64,000 nucleotides of DNA from Octopus sinensis (lineage: Eukaryota), in the NCBI RefSeq assembly GCF_006345805.1, contig NC_043003.1, forward strand, positions 21,328,001-21,392,000, read 5' to 3'. The position numbers were made by a program, and so were the translations under genes. Numbering within the stretch: the stretch's first letter is position 1; every line of letters begins with the position of its first letter. The notes beneath the pieces were generated by a model. That model worked only from the letters and a program-made list of their open reading frames with translations, had not been told where the DNA came from and made no database searches. Of this stretch, positions 39,272 through 53,288 are shown piece after piece.

Positions 39272-39820
39272 AGGAAGGACTGGGTGTTGATATAATAAGG
39301 ATGATGAGGAGAAAGGGAGATAAATTAAGCAGGAGTGCTTGAGGGGAGCTGGCATAAGCCCAGCTAGCTCCAAGAGGCAAAGGACATAATAGTAGCATTA
39401 AAAAAGGTAGAGAGAGGAAACAACATATCTGTGAGTCAATGGGAGGGAGTATATCAGTGAGTAATTTTGTGCCACTCACTCAGGTGGTCAAATTTTGTAT
39501 GGAGTCTTGGATGTCTGTGTATGCACAAGGAGAAATAACAGATAGCATTCTGGGAAGGAAGGATTGGATGGTGTGAGAGAGTGCGGATACAATAAGGATG
39601 ATGAGGAGAAAGAGAGATAAATGAAGCGGGAGTGCTTGTGAGGAGCTGGCATTAGCCCAGCTAGCTCCAAGAGGCAAAGGCAATTTTAGTAGCATTAAAA
39701 AAAAGGCAGAGAGCAGACAGCACATATGTGGGTTAGTGGGAGGGAGAGTATCAATAATTAATTTTGTACCAGTCACTCAGGTGGTCAAGTTTTGTATGGA
39801 GTCTTGGATGCTGTGTATGC
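39272..39820. repeat. about 297-bp diverged tandem duplication
   Basis: AATAAGGATGATGAGGAGAAAG..GCCCAGCTAGCTCCAAGAGGCAAAGG..CACTCAGGTGGTCAA..GGAGTCTTGGATG occurs twice. Confidence 0.9.
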
Positions 39821-40130
39821 GGCATCAACACTTCCAGATGTGAGGTCTATATTCTACTCTCGAGCCTCATCCAAGTTGCATAACTACTCACACACACATC
39901 CAAGCTCAACCAATTCACATGCCTCTTTTCTTTATGTTGTCCCACCTACCTGACAGTCCCTGCACTAACCATATTTTTCCTAATCTTTCCTCCACAGGCT
40001 ATTCACTCTCTGGAATTCCCTCCCTGCCCACCTTTTTTTTTTTTTTTTCTCTGGAGGTTCCAACTTACAGGTGTTTAAGATGGTCATAAACCATATTGAT
40101 TTCAGCAGTGTCAGAAGACCTGTGAATATG
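39820..40130 (+). pseudogene. CR1-like LINE 3' end relic
   Basis: ..TLWNSLPAH and SNLQVFKMVINHIDF, typical CR1-group RT C-terminal motifs. Confidence 0.55.
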
Positions 40131-40834
40131 TTGGGAGCACAGTTCTGCCCCACAAACCAAACAATAAGAGGAAAACTTATTTCCCCTACATCCTTAACGA
40201 AAGAGAAATATCCATATGCTATGAGCAATGTCACCCCCAACACATCCTTAGGTAAATTATGTTTATATATAGAATCATCATCATCATATTTAATGTCTAT
40301 TATCCATGCTGGCATGGGTTGGATGATTTGAACAGGGCTGGTATGCTGAGGAGCTGCATCAAACTCCAGGCTGATTTGGCATGGTTTCTATGGCTGGATG
40401 CCCTTCCTAACACCACCACTCCAAGAGTATAATGGATGCTTTTACATGCCTGAAAGAAGCCTTTTGTATGTGTGTGTGTGCATGCGCGTGCAGTAGCATA
40501 GCTAGAGTATGTGCCACCCAGGACGGCCCTTCTTTTTGCTTTCCCCCAAACCCCACAAAAAACACATATTGCCTACAACAGACCCAAAAATGCGGACCGC
40601 CCCTACCAGTGTGTGTGTTTGTGTCTGTGTTTGTCCCCCCCATCATTTGACAACCATGTTAGTGTGTTTACATCCCCGTAACTTAGCAGTTTAGCAAATG
40701 TGACCGATAGAATAAGTATTAGACTTACAAAGAATAAGTCTTAGGGTCAATTTGTTTGACAAAAACCCTTTAAGGTAGTGCTCCAGCATGGCCACAGTCT
40801 AATGGCTGTAACAAATAACAGAATATATATATAT

Positions 40835-40960
40835 ATATATTAAAAATGGGGAAGGCGATTTAGGAGATTACCTTAGGTTTACCGTCTATAAAGGGTTTAG
40901 CTTTTGAACAGGAAACCTAAGGTAATCCTATAAACCAGTCTTCCCCATTTTTAATATATA
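40835..40960. mobile_element. small inverted-repeat element (MITE) in (TA)n
   Basis: Arms TATATTAAAAATGGGGAAG..GATTACCTTAGGTTT / AAACCTAAGGTAATC..CTTCCCCATTTTTAATATA. Confidence 0.65.
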
Positions 40961-41861
40961 CTGCTCTACATCTTAGAGTGTACTTCTTTCAGATTTATGT
41001 CTTTTACAAATGATTGATATATATATATATATATATACATACACACACACACACACACCACACACACATACTTATATGTATATACATACACACAAACATA
41101 TGTATGAAGATAGAATGAATGGGGATGAAAATATTTCAGATACACACACATTAGAGAGCGCAATAGTGGACATATATATACAGATTGGATAGGTAAATAA
41201 TAACTAAATCTATATCTACACTGACAAGACAATGAATTCATAAAGACAAGAGAATTAAATGAATGAACAGATATCCAGATCTATGGAAGTAAGACAAATG
41301 TAGCATATGTGAGTGTTAGAGAGTAGCAAAGTTAAAGAATGAAATGATTATAAACACAATTAGAGAGAAAGATGGACAGAGCAGAGACAGAAAGAAAGGG
41401 TGGAGGAATTTGGATGAAATGAAGAGAAAGAAGGAAGAGGACATGTGTGTGTGTGTGTGTGTGTACCGATGGCAAAGAATCTATTTTGGGAGATGAGTAG
41501 GAGGATGTGTATCCAGTCTGTGGAACTGGAATTATTATTATTGCATAGCAAGGCTGAAGAAGAGACAAATGGTCTATGTCTGTTAGTTTGTGTGTATATG
41601 TCTATTTCTGTGAGTCTGTTTTGTGTATATGTGTGTTTGTTTGTGTGTAAGTATGTGTGTGTGTGTGGTGAGTTGACTTGGTAAGACTGGTCTTTGTGGG
41701 ATAAATCGAAAAGGAAAGAAAAAAGTAAGCAAAGACTGATGAAGTTGGTGGTGTGGTGGTGGTTGTGGTGGTGTCAACGACAAAGAAAGAAGAAACAGCA
41801 GAGTTGAAGCTGCTAAAAATGTTTCTGAGAGGAATTGACTGGGAAATAATCAGTGGTGGCT

Positions 41862-41892
<31 letters not shown>

Positions 41893-42144
41893 GTGGTGAG
41901 AGGGTGTAGAGTTACCTGAGAAATACAGATGAAGACAGGTGAGACAAGATTGAAAGGTAAGGCTGAGTGAACAGTATAAAAATGTCAATGAAGTAAATGT
42001 CTGAATGTTGGTGGTGGCAGTGGTGACAGCAGTACTGGTGGTGGTGGTGGTGGTGGTGGCGGTAGTGGCAGCATTTGTGGTGGTGGTGATGGGGAGCAGC
42101 TCTTGCTGTTGTTATTGTTGACATTATTATCAGCTTCATTAAGG

Positions 42145-42525
42145 CTGTGAGCTGACAGAGTCATTAACGCACCTGGCAAAATGCTTAGCAGTATTTCGTC
42201 CATCATTACATTCTGAGTTCAAATTCTACCGAGGTCGACTTTGCCTTTCATCATCCTTTCAGGGTCAATAAAATAAATGCCAATTGAGTGCTGGGGGTCG
42301 ATGTAATCATCTACACTCCTCCCTCAAAATTTCAGGCTTTGGCCTTGTGCCTGTAGTAGAAAGGATTATTATCAACTTCATTAAAGCGGCAAGCTGGCAG
42401 AGTTGTTAGCTCGTTAGGCAAAATGCTTAGCGGCATTTCAACCATCTTCATGTTCTGAGTTCAAATTCCACCAAGGTTGACTTTGCCTTTCATTCTTTCA
42501 GAAACAATAAAATAAGAGCCAATTG
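42145..42525 (+). mobile_element. two consecutive family B SINEs
   Basis: GCTTAGC..GTTCTGAGTTCAAATTC..GACTTTGCCTTTCAT occurs twice. Confidence 0.8.
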
Positions 42526-42969
42526 AACACACACACACACACACACCAAACTTGTTGGCATGTGCTAAAATTTTAAACCATTATTATCAACTATTTGTTA
42601 TATTTCGGGACGGTCATTTTTATTTGTCTTGCAAAACAAACACTCACACTATAAAAAAAAAATGTTATTTTTTAATGACCGTCCCAAAATATAACAATAT
42701 CTGTTTCAACATATGATTTCACATAAGGATTCTTGCGAAACAAATTCATAATTATCAACTTCATCTTGTCAACTTGCTGATCATATACTGAGGAGGGCAA
42801 CTCCTTTAGCAATCCTCTTCCTTTTGTGCTTGTCCCTTAGCCTTTCATGTCCATAATCCAATCTGCAAGGCAGCAGCTTCTTTTTCATTTAAGTGGTATT
42901 CCTTAGCCTTTGGACTTCCAGAATCCCCCTGCAAAGCACCAGCTACTATATATATATATATATATATAT

Positions 42970-43365
42970 ATCATCATCATCATCATTTAACGTCCGCTTT
43001 CCATGCTAGCATGGGTTGGACAGTCCGACTGGGGTCTGGGAAGCCAGGAGGCTGCACCAGGCCCAGTTTGATCTGGCAGTGTTTTTACAGCTGGATGCCC
43101 TTCCTAACGCCAACCATTCCGTGAGTGTAGTGGGTGCTTTTTACGTGCCACCGACACAGGTGCCAGACGAGGCTGGCAACAACCATGATCAGTTGGTGCT
43201 TTTTACGTGCCAGGCGAGGCTGGCAGCGACCACGATCAGTTGGTGCTTTTTACGTGCCACTGGCACGGAAGCCAGTTGGGGCGGCGCTGGCAATGGCCAC
43301 GTTCAGATGGTTCTTTTACGTGCCACTGGCACTGGTATTACAACTACAATTTCCATTGATTTTTG
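42970..43365 (-). mobile_element. RTE-LINE 3' tail (family C)
   Basis: (CAT)n TTTAACGTCCGCTTTCCATGCTAGCATGGGTTGG... with GGTGCTTTTTACGTGCCA repeats. Confidence 0.85.
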
Positions 43366-44599
43366 AGTGATTTCGATATGTTTGTGTATGCATATATTTA
43401 TATATTATTTATATTATATATATACATATATGTTTGTGTTTGTCCTCCCCACAATTGCTTGATAACCGATGTTGGTGTGTTTATGTCCCCGTAACTTAGC
43501 GGTTCAGCAAAAGTGAACAATAGAATAAATAGTAGGCGTACAAAGAATATGTCCTGGGGTTGATTTGTTCGAATAAAGGCGGTGCTCCAGCATGGCCGCA
43601 ATCAAATGCCTGAAACAAATAAAAGAATAAAAGAACATTATTGAAATCTTGAAGCTACAAGATAATACTTGATTAATTCAAAACATTGTGGATAAATAAG
43701 CACAACATTTGACAAAGTAATCTGAACTAGCAGGACCCGTTAATATTTCACTGGCTTAATGCTAAACCTATTGGGTTATGTCTGAAAACTTTATCCAAAA
43801 ACCCTGAAAGTGTAGCCTGTGTTGTGTCTGTATGGAAAGATAGTCACTCATCTGCTACTCATTGATACCTGAAAGAAACTGGAATACGATGATTAGTTAA
43901 TGCACTTTATAAATACACTTTATATACTTTAAGCACAATTTTATAGATTTAATATACAGTAATCATAAAATAGATATTTATTCATATTTTTCCATTTTTC
44001 CCATAAAGAAATAAAATATCGCTGTACATATGATACAACCTTTAGTTAAATTGCACATATCTGCCACGTAAATAAGCGGGAATATTTCATGGAATTGCAC
44101 TTGTTAGCATGCATTAAATGATAGGTGATATTAAAAAAAAATACGCTTTTCACTGTTCACTTACCATCGCCGCCACCACCTCCGTCTTCTCCACCACCAT
44201 CATCATCTCTCTTTCTCTGTCTCCCCCCCCCACCTTGTCTCTCTCTCCATCTCTCACTCTGTTTTTATCCTCACCATCAGAACGTAACCCCTTTATTAAA
44301 ATTATATTTTTAACTCTCCTCCTCAATATCACTACCTTCAACTAACTTTTTTAACCACGTAATAAATACTACATTCTCCTTACCTCAAGTCATGGACGCT
44401 TCTCTCTCCTTCTTTTTCTCTCTCTATCTTTTTCTCTTGCCCTCTTTTTCTTTTTCCTTCTTTCTGTCTCACTGTTTGCCTTATCCTCTTTTTCTCTCTC
44501 CCTCCTTTTTCTTTCTCCCTCTTGTACACGCTTTTCTTTCAAATAATTATGTGAAAGCAATACAGTTGCATTCCCTCTACCTCACATCATGGATGCTTC

Positions 44600-45270
44600 A
44601 CTCCCCCTCTTTTTCTCTCCCCATCTTTTTCTCTCCCCATCTTTTTCTCTCCCCATCTTTTTCTCTCCCCATCTTTTCTCTCCCCCTCCCCGTCTTTTCT
44701 CCCCATCTTTTTCTCTCCCCATCTTTTTCTCTCCCCTCTTTTTCTCTCCCCATCTTTTTCTCTCCCCCTCTTTTTCTCTCCCCATCTTTTTCTCTCCCCA
44801 TCTTTTTCTCTCCCCATCTTTTTCTCTCCCCATCTTTTTCTCTCCCCATCTTTTTCTCTCCCCATCTTTTTCTCTCCCCCTCTTTTTCTCTCCCCATCTT
44901 TTTCTCTCCCCCTCTTTTTCTCTCCCCATCTTTTTCTCTCCCCATCTTTTTCTCTCCCCATCTTTTTCTTTCCCCATCTTTTTCTCTCCCCATCTTTTTC
45001 TCTCCCCATCTTTTTCTCTCCCCATCTTTTTCTCTCCCCATCTTTTTCTCTCCCCATTTTCTCTCCCCCCCATCTTTTTTCTCTCCCCATCTTTTTCTTC
45101 CCCTTTCCCCATCTTTTTTCTCTCCCCATCTTTTTCTCTCCCCTTTCTGTTCTCTCCCCATCTTTTTCTCTCCCCCATCTTGTTTTTCACTCCCCCTCTT
45201 TTTCCTCCTCCATCCCCCCATCTTTTCTCTCCCCATCTTTTTCTCTCCCCATCTTTTTCTCTCCCTGTCT
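44600..45270. repeat. 16-bp pyrimidine-rich minisatellite (CTCTCCCCATCTTTTT)n
   Basis: Roughly 40 units; the 48-nt periodic ORF FFSPHLFLSPSFSLPI confirms the 16-bp period. Confidence 0.95.
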
Positions 45271-45722
45271 TTTTCTGTCTCCTTCTTCTTCTCTAATCAT
45301 ATGAATGCATTACCAACAGGCTAAGTAACAGAATGACAAGCAAAATTATTATAAGATGCTGAAGTGTTAAATAGAAGACAACAAGCTGACACAATCATTA
45401 GCAAGTCAGACAAAATGCATAACAGCGTTTCTTCCCGCTCTTTATATTCTCAGTTCATATTTCACCAAGGTTTTCTTTGCTTTTTGTCCTTTCAGAGTCG
45501 ATGAAATAAGTACCAGTTGTGCACTAGGACCAATGTAATTGACTTACCCCTCCTCCAAAGTTGCTGGCCTTGTCCCAAAATTTGAAACCATTATTAAACA
45601 CAGAAGTGAACTCCATTTTTCACCATTTTTCTCAATATCTGGGGGTCTCTTAATCTTAGATTCTGGTACCAGATATAGTTTGAAGTTATACCCAAGATAT
45701 TGAAAGTATTAAATAGAAGCAT

Positions 45723-45937
45723 AAGGCGGTGAGCTGACAGACATGATAGCACGCCAGGTGAAATGCTTAGCAGTATTTCTTCTGCCTTTATGTTCTGAGT
45801 TCAAATTCTGTTGAGGTCAGCTTTGCCTTTCATCCTTTCAGGGTTGATAAATTAAGTACCAGTTGCATACTGGGGTCAATCTAATCGACTGGACCCCTCT
45901 CCAAAAATTTCAGGCCTTGTGCCTAGAATAGAAAAGA
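45723..45937 (+). mobile_element. full-length SINE family B with 15-bp TSD
   Basis: ATTAAATAGAAGCAT (45708-45722) / ATTAAATCGCAGCAT (45938-45952). Confidence 0.85.
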
Positions 45938-46851
45938 ATTAAATCGCAGCATCATTTCCGTGAGTTTAAAAATAAAGTCTCAGTTCAAATCCACTGTCCA
46001 GTTGTACGGAATCTTGTCATGGCCAAGGACTAAGGAAGAAAATTCTAAGAAGCCTGGCACATGTAAACGTTAAGGGTGAATACTTGCTTGGAATCCCTAA
46101 TATCTTTCATTTGACCAGGCTAGGGACCACAAACCATTCCTGCCTTGCTAATGAGAAACAGTGGTGGCTCTCCAAGGGAATATTATTATCTTAAGAATTC
46201 TCATCCAATTCATACCAGTATGGAAAAGACAAACATAATAACAATGGTAGTGGTGGTGGTGGTGGTGGCATCGGCACTAGTGGTTGTGGTGGAAGTAGTG
46301 GCAGTCGTGATGATGAATATTTTTATTTGACATAGAGACAAAGTGATGTTTTATACAGTGAGGCAATACAATTAGTTGAACCAGCTCCCACCCTTGGTGG
46401 GATTTGAACCAAAAACATAAAGGGTTGATATTAAATAACACAAGGCATTTGGTCGACTGTTGTATCATTTTTGCCGTCTTGCCACCCTGAATTACAGGTG
46501 GTTGGTCAACCTGTTAGAAATAGGAACCCAGTCTCCCTCATATTAAACCTTACCATCTTAAAACTCGACCACACCAGACACTATTGCGCAATATATGCTA
46601 TGCCTGAGGAAATTCAGGATCGTCATGGTTAGAATGCCTTTAAATCATAGGTCCACTGCTCAGCCTGGGCCAGTTTGGAAGCTATATAACAACTTTAGTT
46701 CTTTCTTCTGCTTTTGTATGGTTTGATGTGTTTTTTGTTGTTTTTTTTGTTTGTGTATTTGATGTACACATAGAGACAAGAACACAAACACATTGAAAAT
46801 AGTTTGTAGATATGCTCTCATTTATGCATACTCAATGAGAACCACCTCACA

Positions 46852-46893
<42 letters not shown>

Positions 46894-49017
46894 ACACACA
46901 CACAAGAAAGGACTCAATCATTCACATACAATCAAAACAGCTTCAATCACTTATTAATACTCTCTCTGTCTGTCTCTCTCTCTCCCTCTCACTCTTTCTC
47001 TCTCTCACTTTTTCTCTCTCTCTCCTCCTCAATTTTTCTCTCTCTTCCCCTCACTCTTTCTCTTTATCCCCACTTTTTCTCTCTCTCCCCCTCACTCTCT
47101 TCCTCTCACTCTTTCTCTCTCCCTTCATCTCTCTCACTCTCTGTTAGCTCTTCATTCTTTGTTACTATCACTCTCTCTTTCTCCCTCTTCTTCTTCTCTC
47201 TCTTTCTCTTCTCCCCCTTCCTTCTCTCCCTTTCTCTTTCTTTCCTCTCTTTGTTTCTCTCTCTGTTAGTTCCTCATTCTTTGTTGCTACCTCTCTCTCT
47301 TTCTCCCTCTCTTTTTTCTTCTCCTCTCATACTCCCTCTCACTCTTTTCTCCCTCTTTTCATTTCCACCACTCTTTATAACCTCCTCTTTCTCTCTCTCA
47401 CCCATACATGATTGTTTTTGCTATTTTTTGTTTGTTTTTTTCATTTCAAAGTTGATTTTCTTTTCTTTATTTTTGTTTCTCTTTTATATTACTCTCCAAC
47501 CCCACCCTCCATTCCTGATGATGTCACACCTACTCTCTGACCCAAACCACTTTATTTCTCTGCACTACACCACTCAGAGATTATGATCTTTGCTACCATG
47601 TCTACCTCCACGCATTGTCATCTACCACCAACAACAATACATCAATTCCTCAATTCCATCCATCCAGTCATCTATCCATCATATATTGAAATATTTGGCC
47701 CCTGTGAACTAAAATGAAATGACATGAAATGAAATGGAATAGCAGGGGAAAGAAAATAATATCAGAGAACAAACAAACAAAGGAGAAATCAAGAAAATAT
47801 TCCAAACAGTGGGGAAAAAGAAAAAAAAGGAAGTTAAGAGATTAATTCCATTTTTGAAAAAGAAATATTAGAATCTGAGTATTTTTCCATTTTTGCTTTA
47901 TTGTATGGCTTGAATTATGGATGGACAGACAGCCACACTTGTGAATGTTTATTTCCCCAGTGCCAGCATCATCATTGCTGAGTATTTGCTAGTTCCTGAA
48001 CCCATCATAGTTTCAGAAGTTCTTCCTCCTGTATGAAATACACTTCCATGTAGTTTGAAATAGCTGTAGTCTCCAAGAGAACTTAAGGAGAATATGCAAG
48101 CGTAGCTACATAGTTTAATAAGTTCATTTTTCACCCATCCACATTGTTCTGAGTTTGATCCCGTTGCATGGCTCCTTGGACAAATGTCTTCTCAGGGAAA
48201 TAATTTAGAAATCAGAACCTATAGAGTTGAACACACACACACTTATATGCACAAACTCACGCACATTTATGTATATATTTTGAACGGATGCACACATTGG
48301 CAAGCAACTGCCAATAAAGATATGCATCAAAAAATATATATTGTGTTGTTTATTTGTGCAACTTCTAGCATGGGAGCATTAATATGATTTAATACCAGTG
48401 CTCCAACATGGCCACAGTCTTTGGGCTGGAACACATAAAGAAATAAAGAGAGAGAAACTCAGGTAGAATAAAATGTACTACCATCCTAAAGCAGACTACC
48501 ACAAGACTATTTCTGCATTCACACAAACTATTTCAAGGTAGTAATTGCTAAGGTTTTCCAGATAGATTTCTAGCAACCCTCCTCCTGGGGAGAGTGCTAC
48601 TTTAGTCATTGATGTGACAAGTTACATGTTATCAGTACCACTCAAAACAACATGATAGAGTTTGAACTATTGATGTAACCAAGATGTCTGGTGATCTGAT
48701 GAGCTAGCTTTCTTTATTTATATTAATTTGTGGATATACGATTGTTTTGTGTAATACCATGTATACATATTAATGCAAACATGTACACATAATCTCTTGT
48801 ATACCACATGAAGAAGGTTGCGAAACAGCTATAATCTTCTGGAAGTAACATGATTATAATAAATCTATGTTCACCTCTCATATCTCCAGAATTTATGTTT
48901 TTATACACAAACACACATGTAAAAGCACCATCATCATCATAATAATTATCCTCATCTTCATTAACATCTACTTTTTATGGTTGTATGTGTCAAACAGATT
49001 CATTGAGGTAGATTTTC

Positions 49018-49231
49018 TTATTCCTTTACTGCCCACAAGGGGCTAAACACAGAGGAGACAAACAAGGACAGACAAATGGATTAAGTCAATTACATCGACC
49101 CCAGTGTGTAACTGGTACTTAATTTATCGACCCCGAAAGGATCAAAAGCAAAGTCGACCTCGGCGGAATTTGAACTCGGAACGTAACGACAGACGACATA
49201 CGGCTACACATTTCTGCCAGCTCAACGCCCT
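49018..49231 (-). mobile_element. SINE family B with 15-bp TSD
   Basis: TTGAGGTAGATTTTC at 49003-49017 and 49232-49246. Confidence 0.85.
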
Positions 49232-51407
49232 TTGAGGTAGATTTTCCATGGCCAGATGTCCTACTCTCGGATTGTGTTTTAGCAAACATATCCCCCTGCA
49301 AAATGATAAGAAAAGTATGATATTAATACAGGAGGTTGAATGAATTGGCTCAAACTATAAATGACAGCCATAGAAATTCACACACAAGACAGATTTTCAA
49401 GAATTTGATCCAGCATGTGGCATTCCAAAGTGATTCTGGCACTATTGATAGGAATATCATTCTCGCAAATTGCTCATAAAAAGGAAGACTATATTTGATT
49501 GCAAGCATAATTTGAACTTGCACCTGCTAATTTTAACTTCCATAGTGTTGCTGCTGGTATGTTATGACACATCAGCTATTAAAATAAACATCAGCTGGCA
49601 TCATTTTACATGGCAAAACAAATTTTATGGATGTGAGTTCAAATTACAGTCATGAAGCAGTGTAGTCTTCTCGTTAATGAGTGATTCACCACTCAAAAAA
49701 AAAAAAACAGAGTTGTAAGTTAAAGAGAAATTATAGAAATAATGTTTTAGAAAGATATGCTATTGCAAGGTTAAAAAGAAAAAAACAAAGGTGCAATTGA
49801 TATTGCAGATATAAGCAACGGTATTCAGTAAATATGTATAATATTGGGAAGTAGATAGAAGTGAGAGAAAAAAAGGAACGATGATGAGTGTTGGAAGAAA
49901 TGGTAAAGGAGTGAAAGATATGGAAAGAAAGAAAAGACAATTAAACAAAGGGGACTGAGGAGAAAGGAAATATGGAACAAAGAACAGGGAGTGTTGAGGA
50001 AAGGGAACATATGGGTCTAGGGGTAATGAAGCAGGTGGAATGTGAAAAGATTTGATGTAAGTAAAAGAGTAAGAAAGAGCGAGGAATAGTTGGTGAGAGA
50101 GAGAGAAGAAAGGGAAAGCTTGAGATAACAAAACTTTAGGAATATAACACAAATATATTTATACACACACATATATATATATATATACATATGTGTGTGT
50201 GTATATATATATATATATATTATATATATATATATACGTATATACATACATATATATACATATGTATATATATCAGACTGGAGCCTGTTGCAGCCTCCTG
50301 GCTTCCTAGACCCCGGTCGAACTGTCCAACCCGTGCTAGCATAGAAAACAGACATTAAACACTGATGATGATGATGATATGTGTGTGTGTGTGTACATAT
50401 ATATACATATGTACATATATACATACATGTATATGCACACGCACACACACGCATATACTCAGTGAAACCAGTGAAGAATTGAGGTACTTCAATAAAAGGC
50501 AATGAATGGAAAGAGTTCTTTGTGTCTGATTACCTAAAGATAAATATAAGGATTCCTCTAAGTTAATTGATGAAACCAGGATGTTATATTCTCAACTTTT
50601 TTTTGCCAAACCATTCCACTTTCTTTGGATAGATTTGTGCCTGATTACAAAACCTAAAGAAAGGTATCTTAGTGTTTGTGTGTATATATGTGATTATAAT
50701 ATATATACATATATATATATATATATACGCACATGCATACATATATGTATACACTATATTTATACTTGTATATTCATATATATGTGTGTGTATTCATGTA
50801 TGTATTATGTGTACACACATGCACACAAACACACATATTGGTATATGTTATTATCAGTATTTTATGTCTGCTTTCCACAATGCATGCTTTCGGCGGTTCT
50901 TGGAAGTCTGAGTCATTTCTTTCTTCAAGTTACTCTCCTTCTTAAACAGGTCAGAGGACCACGTTCTGCTTCTACATTATATTTTGGCTTGGTTTCTACA
51001 CAGAATACCTATCCTATCAGCAATCACTTTATACAATGTATTAACACATTTTATTGTAGCACCAACATTAGAGAGTCTGCCATGTCCTCGATAAGGCCAA
51101 AGAATCTTCTCCACCCTATTTTATCTGTACTTATTCACCAACTATTTTACAGACTATACTTGGTACATTGTTTTTTTATGTGACACCAATATTGGTGAGG
51201 TTACTTTGTATCCCATAAAACTAAAGAGTCATCATTTCTCTTTTTGTGTTCCTTTGCTCAAGACAAGTGAACAAGATGATGGAGACATGTGTGAGTGTAT
51301 CTATGTATGTGGTCTGATTGATGGTTGGGAAGCAAATTTCTTAACCTCACAGCCACACCTGGCATACCTGTGTGGGTATCTTCTTATATCTATATGCATA
51401 TATATAC

Positions 51408-51633
51408 TTTTACTTGTTTCAGTTATTTGGCTGTGACCATGCTGGAGCATTGCCTTGAAGGGATTTGGTCAAACAAGTCGACCCCCAGGACTTATTTCTT
51501 AAGCCTAGGCTAATACTTAATCCATCAGTCTCTTTTGCTGAACTGCAAAGTTATGGGGACGTAAGCACACACCAACTTCGGTTGTCAAGCAATGATGGTG
51601 AGGACAAACACAAACACAGACACACACCTGTAG

Positions 51634-51691
<58 letters not shown>

Positions 51692-51810
51692 CATACATAC
51701 ATACACATAGTGGCTTCTTTCAGTTTTAATCTACCAAATTCACTCACACAAGGTGTCACATAGTGGGACTGACTCAGACCCAGAACCATGTGGTCCTGAA
51801 GCAGGCACAC
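51408..51810 (-). mobile_element. SINE family A
   Basis: Reverse tail and body with an expanded internal (TA)n. Confidence 0.8.
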
Positions 51811-51841
51811 AGCCACACCTACACCTATATATGTATATATA

Positions 51842-51909
<68 letters not shown>

Positions 51910-52830
51910 ACATTTATTTACATTTATGTAGTTCTATATTTGCATGTATATATGTATGTGTGAGTTTGCATTTTGCCTTCATAGTTTCCCCTATATTTCT
52001 TCCTCTCAACTTTCTTTGTCTCTTTCCCTCTCATTTCGCTTCTTCCTCATCTTCATCATATTACTTCTGTTCCTGTTGCCACAGTCATGCGTCTTTAAAT
52101 TCTGCTTCCGCATGTGTGTGTGTGTTTGTTTGTGTGTGTGTGTGGGTGGGTGTGTGATATTCAATCAGCCAACCTTTGCCAACCAGGCTACCATACCTTT
52201 ATAACTGGTCACCTTCACATAAAACATAGCCATCAACAAACTAAAAGAAACTATCATCATCATCATCATGATAATTATTATTACCATTATTATTGTTGTT
52301 GTTGTTGATGTTGTTATTCAAAGCTGCAGGGAGTTTGAAAAAAGAAAAAGGGAGTTTTAAATTCATTTGACATGTGACCCAAATTAATTTCTTATTTTAT
52401 ATCATCAAAATCTATTTAAAAGATTCTTTCTACTCTCCTCTTCTTCAGTCTCCCCAACTCCTTCTCTTTCCGCTATCTCTCCTTTCTTTTTTTCTCTTAC
52501 CTTTTTTTTTATTCTTCTCTCTACTTTCTCCTTCTTCATATTCTTCGTTTTTGTTTTGTACCTTTTCTTGTTCTTGTCCTTTTCTTTATGTTTTCTTTCT
52601 CTTTGTTATACATTTTCTTTTTGTTCTCTTTCTTCTTCTTCTTCTTCTTCTTCTTCTTCTTCTTCTTCTTCTTCTTCTTCTTCTGATGTGGTGGTTTCAT
52701 CATCATCATTATCACCTCCACCACTTTCATTCTCAAAACTCTCAATTCAGCTTTTCAATTTTTTTTTTTTTGCTATATTTCATAACCACCGGTTTTTTTT
52801 TTACATATATCACTTTCATACACACACACA

Positions 52831-52872
<42 letters not shown>

Positions 52873-52902
52873 CTCTCTCTCTCTCTCTCACGCACACACA
52901 CA

Positions 52903-52935
<33 letters not shown>

Positions 52936-53248
52936 TCTCTCTCTCTCTCTCTCACACACACACATCCACACACACTTATGAACACATTCAAATACACACA
53001 TGCATGCAAACACACTCATGCCCATATATACACACACACACAAACACACATTATGAAAATATAAACACACATGCACATATAAGTGCACATGCACACACAC
53101 ACACAAACACACACTCTCTCTCTCTCTCTCTCTCTCGCACATCCACACACACTTATGAACACATTCATATACACATGCATGCAAGCACACTCATACACAT
53201 ATATACACACAGACACACACACACATAAACACACAATATGAAAATATA

Positions 53249-53288
<40 letters not shown>

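Noticed and set aside
44392-45324. Long ORFs (310, 235, 212, 202, 180 aa)
   Set aside because: They are translations of a 16-bp minisatellite lacking stops; no coding signal.
47940-48135. Unique-looking segment with a 61-aa minus-strand ORF
   Set aside because: No domain similarity and no clear splice pair.
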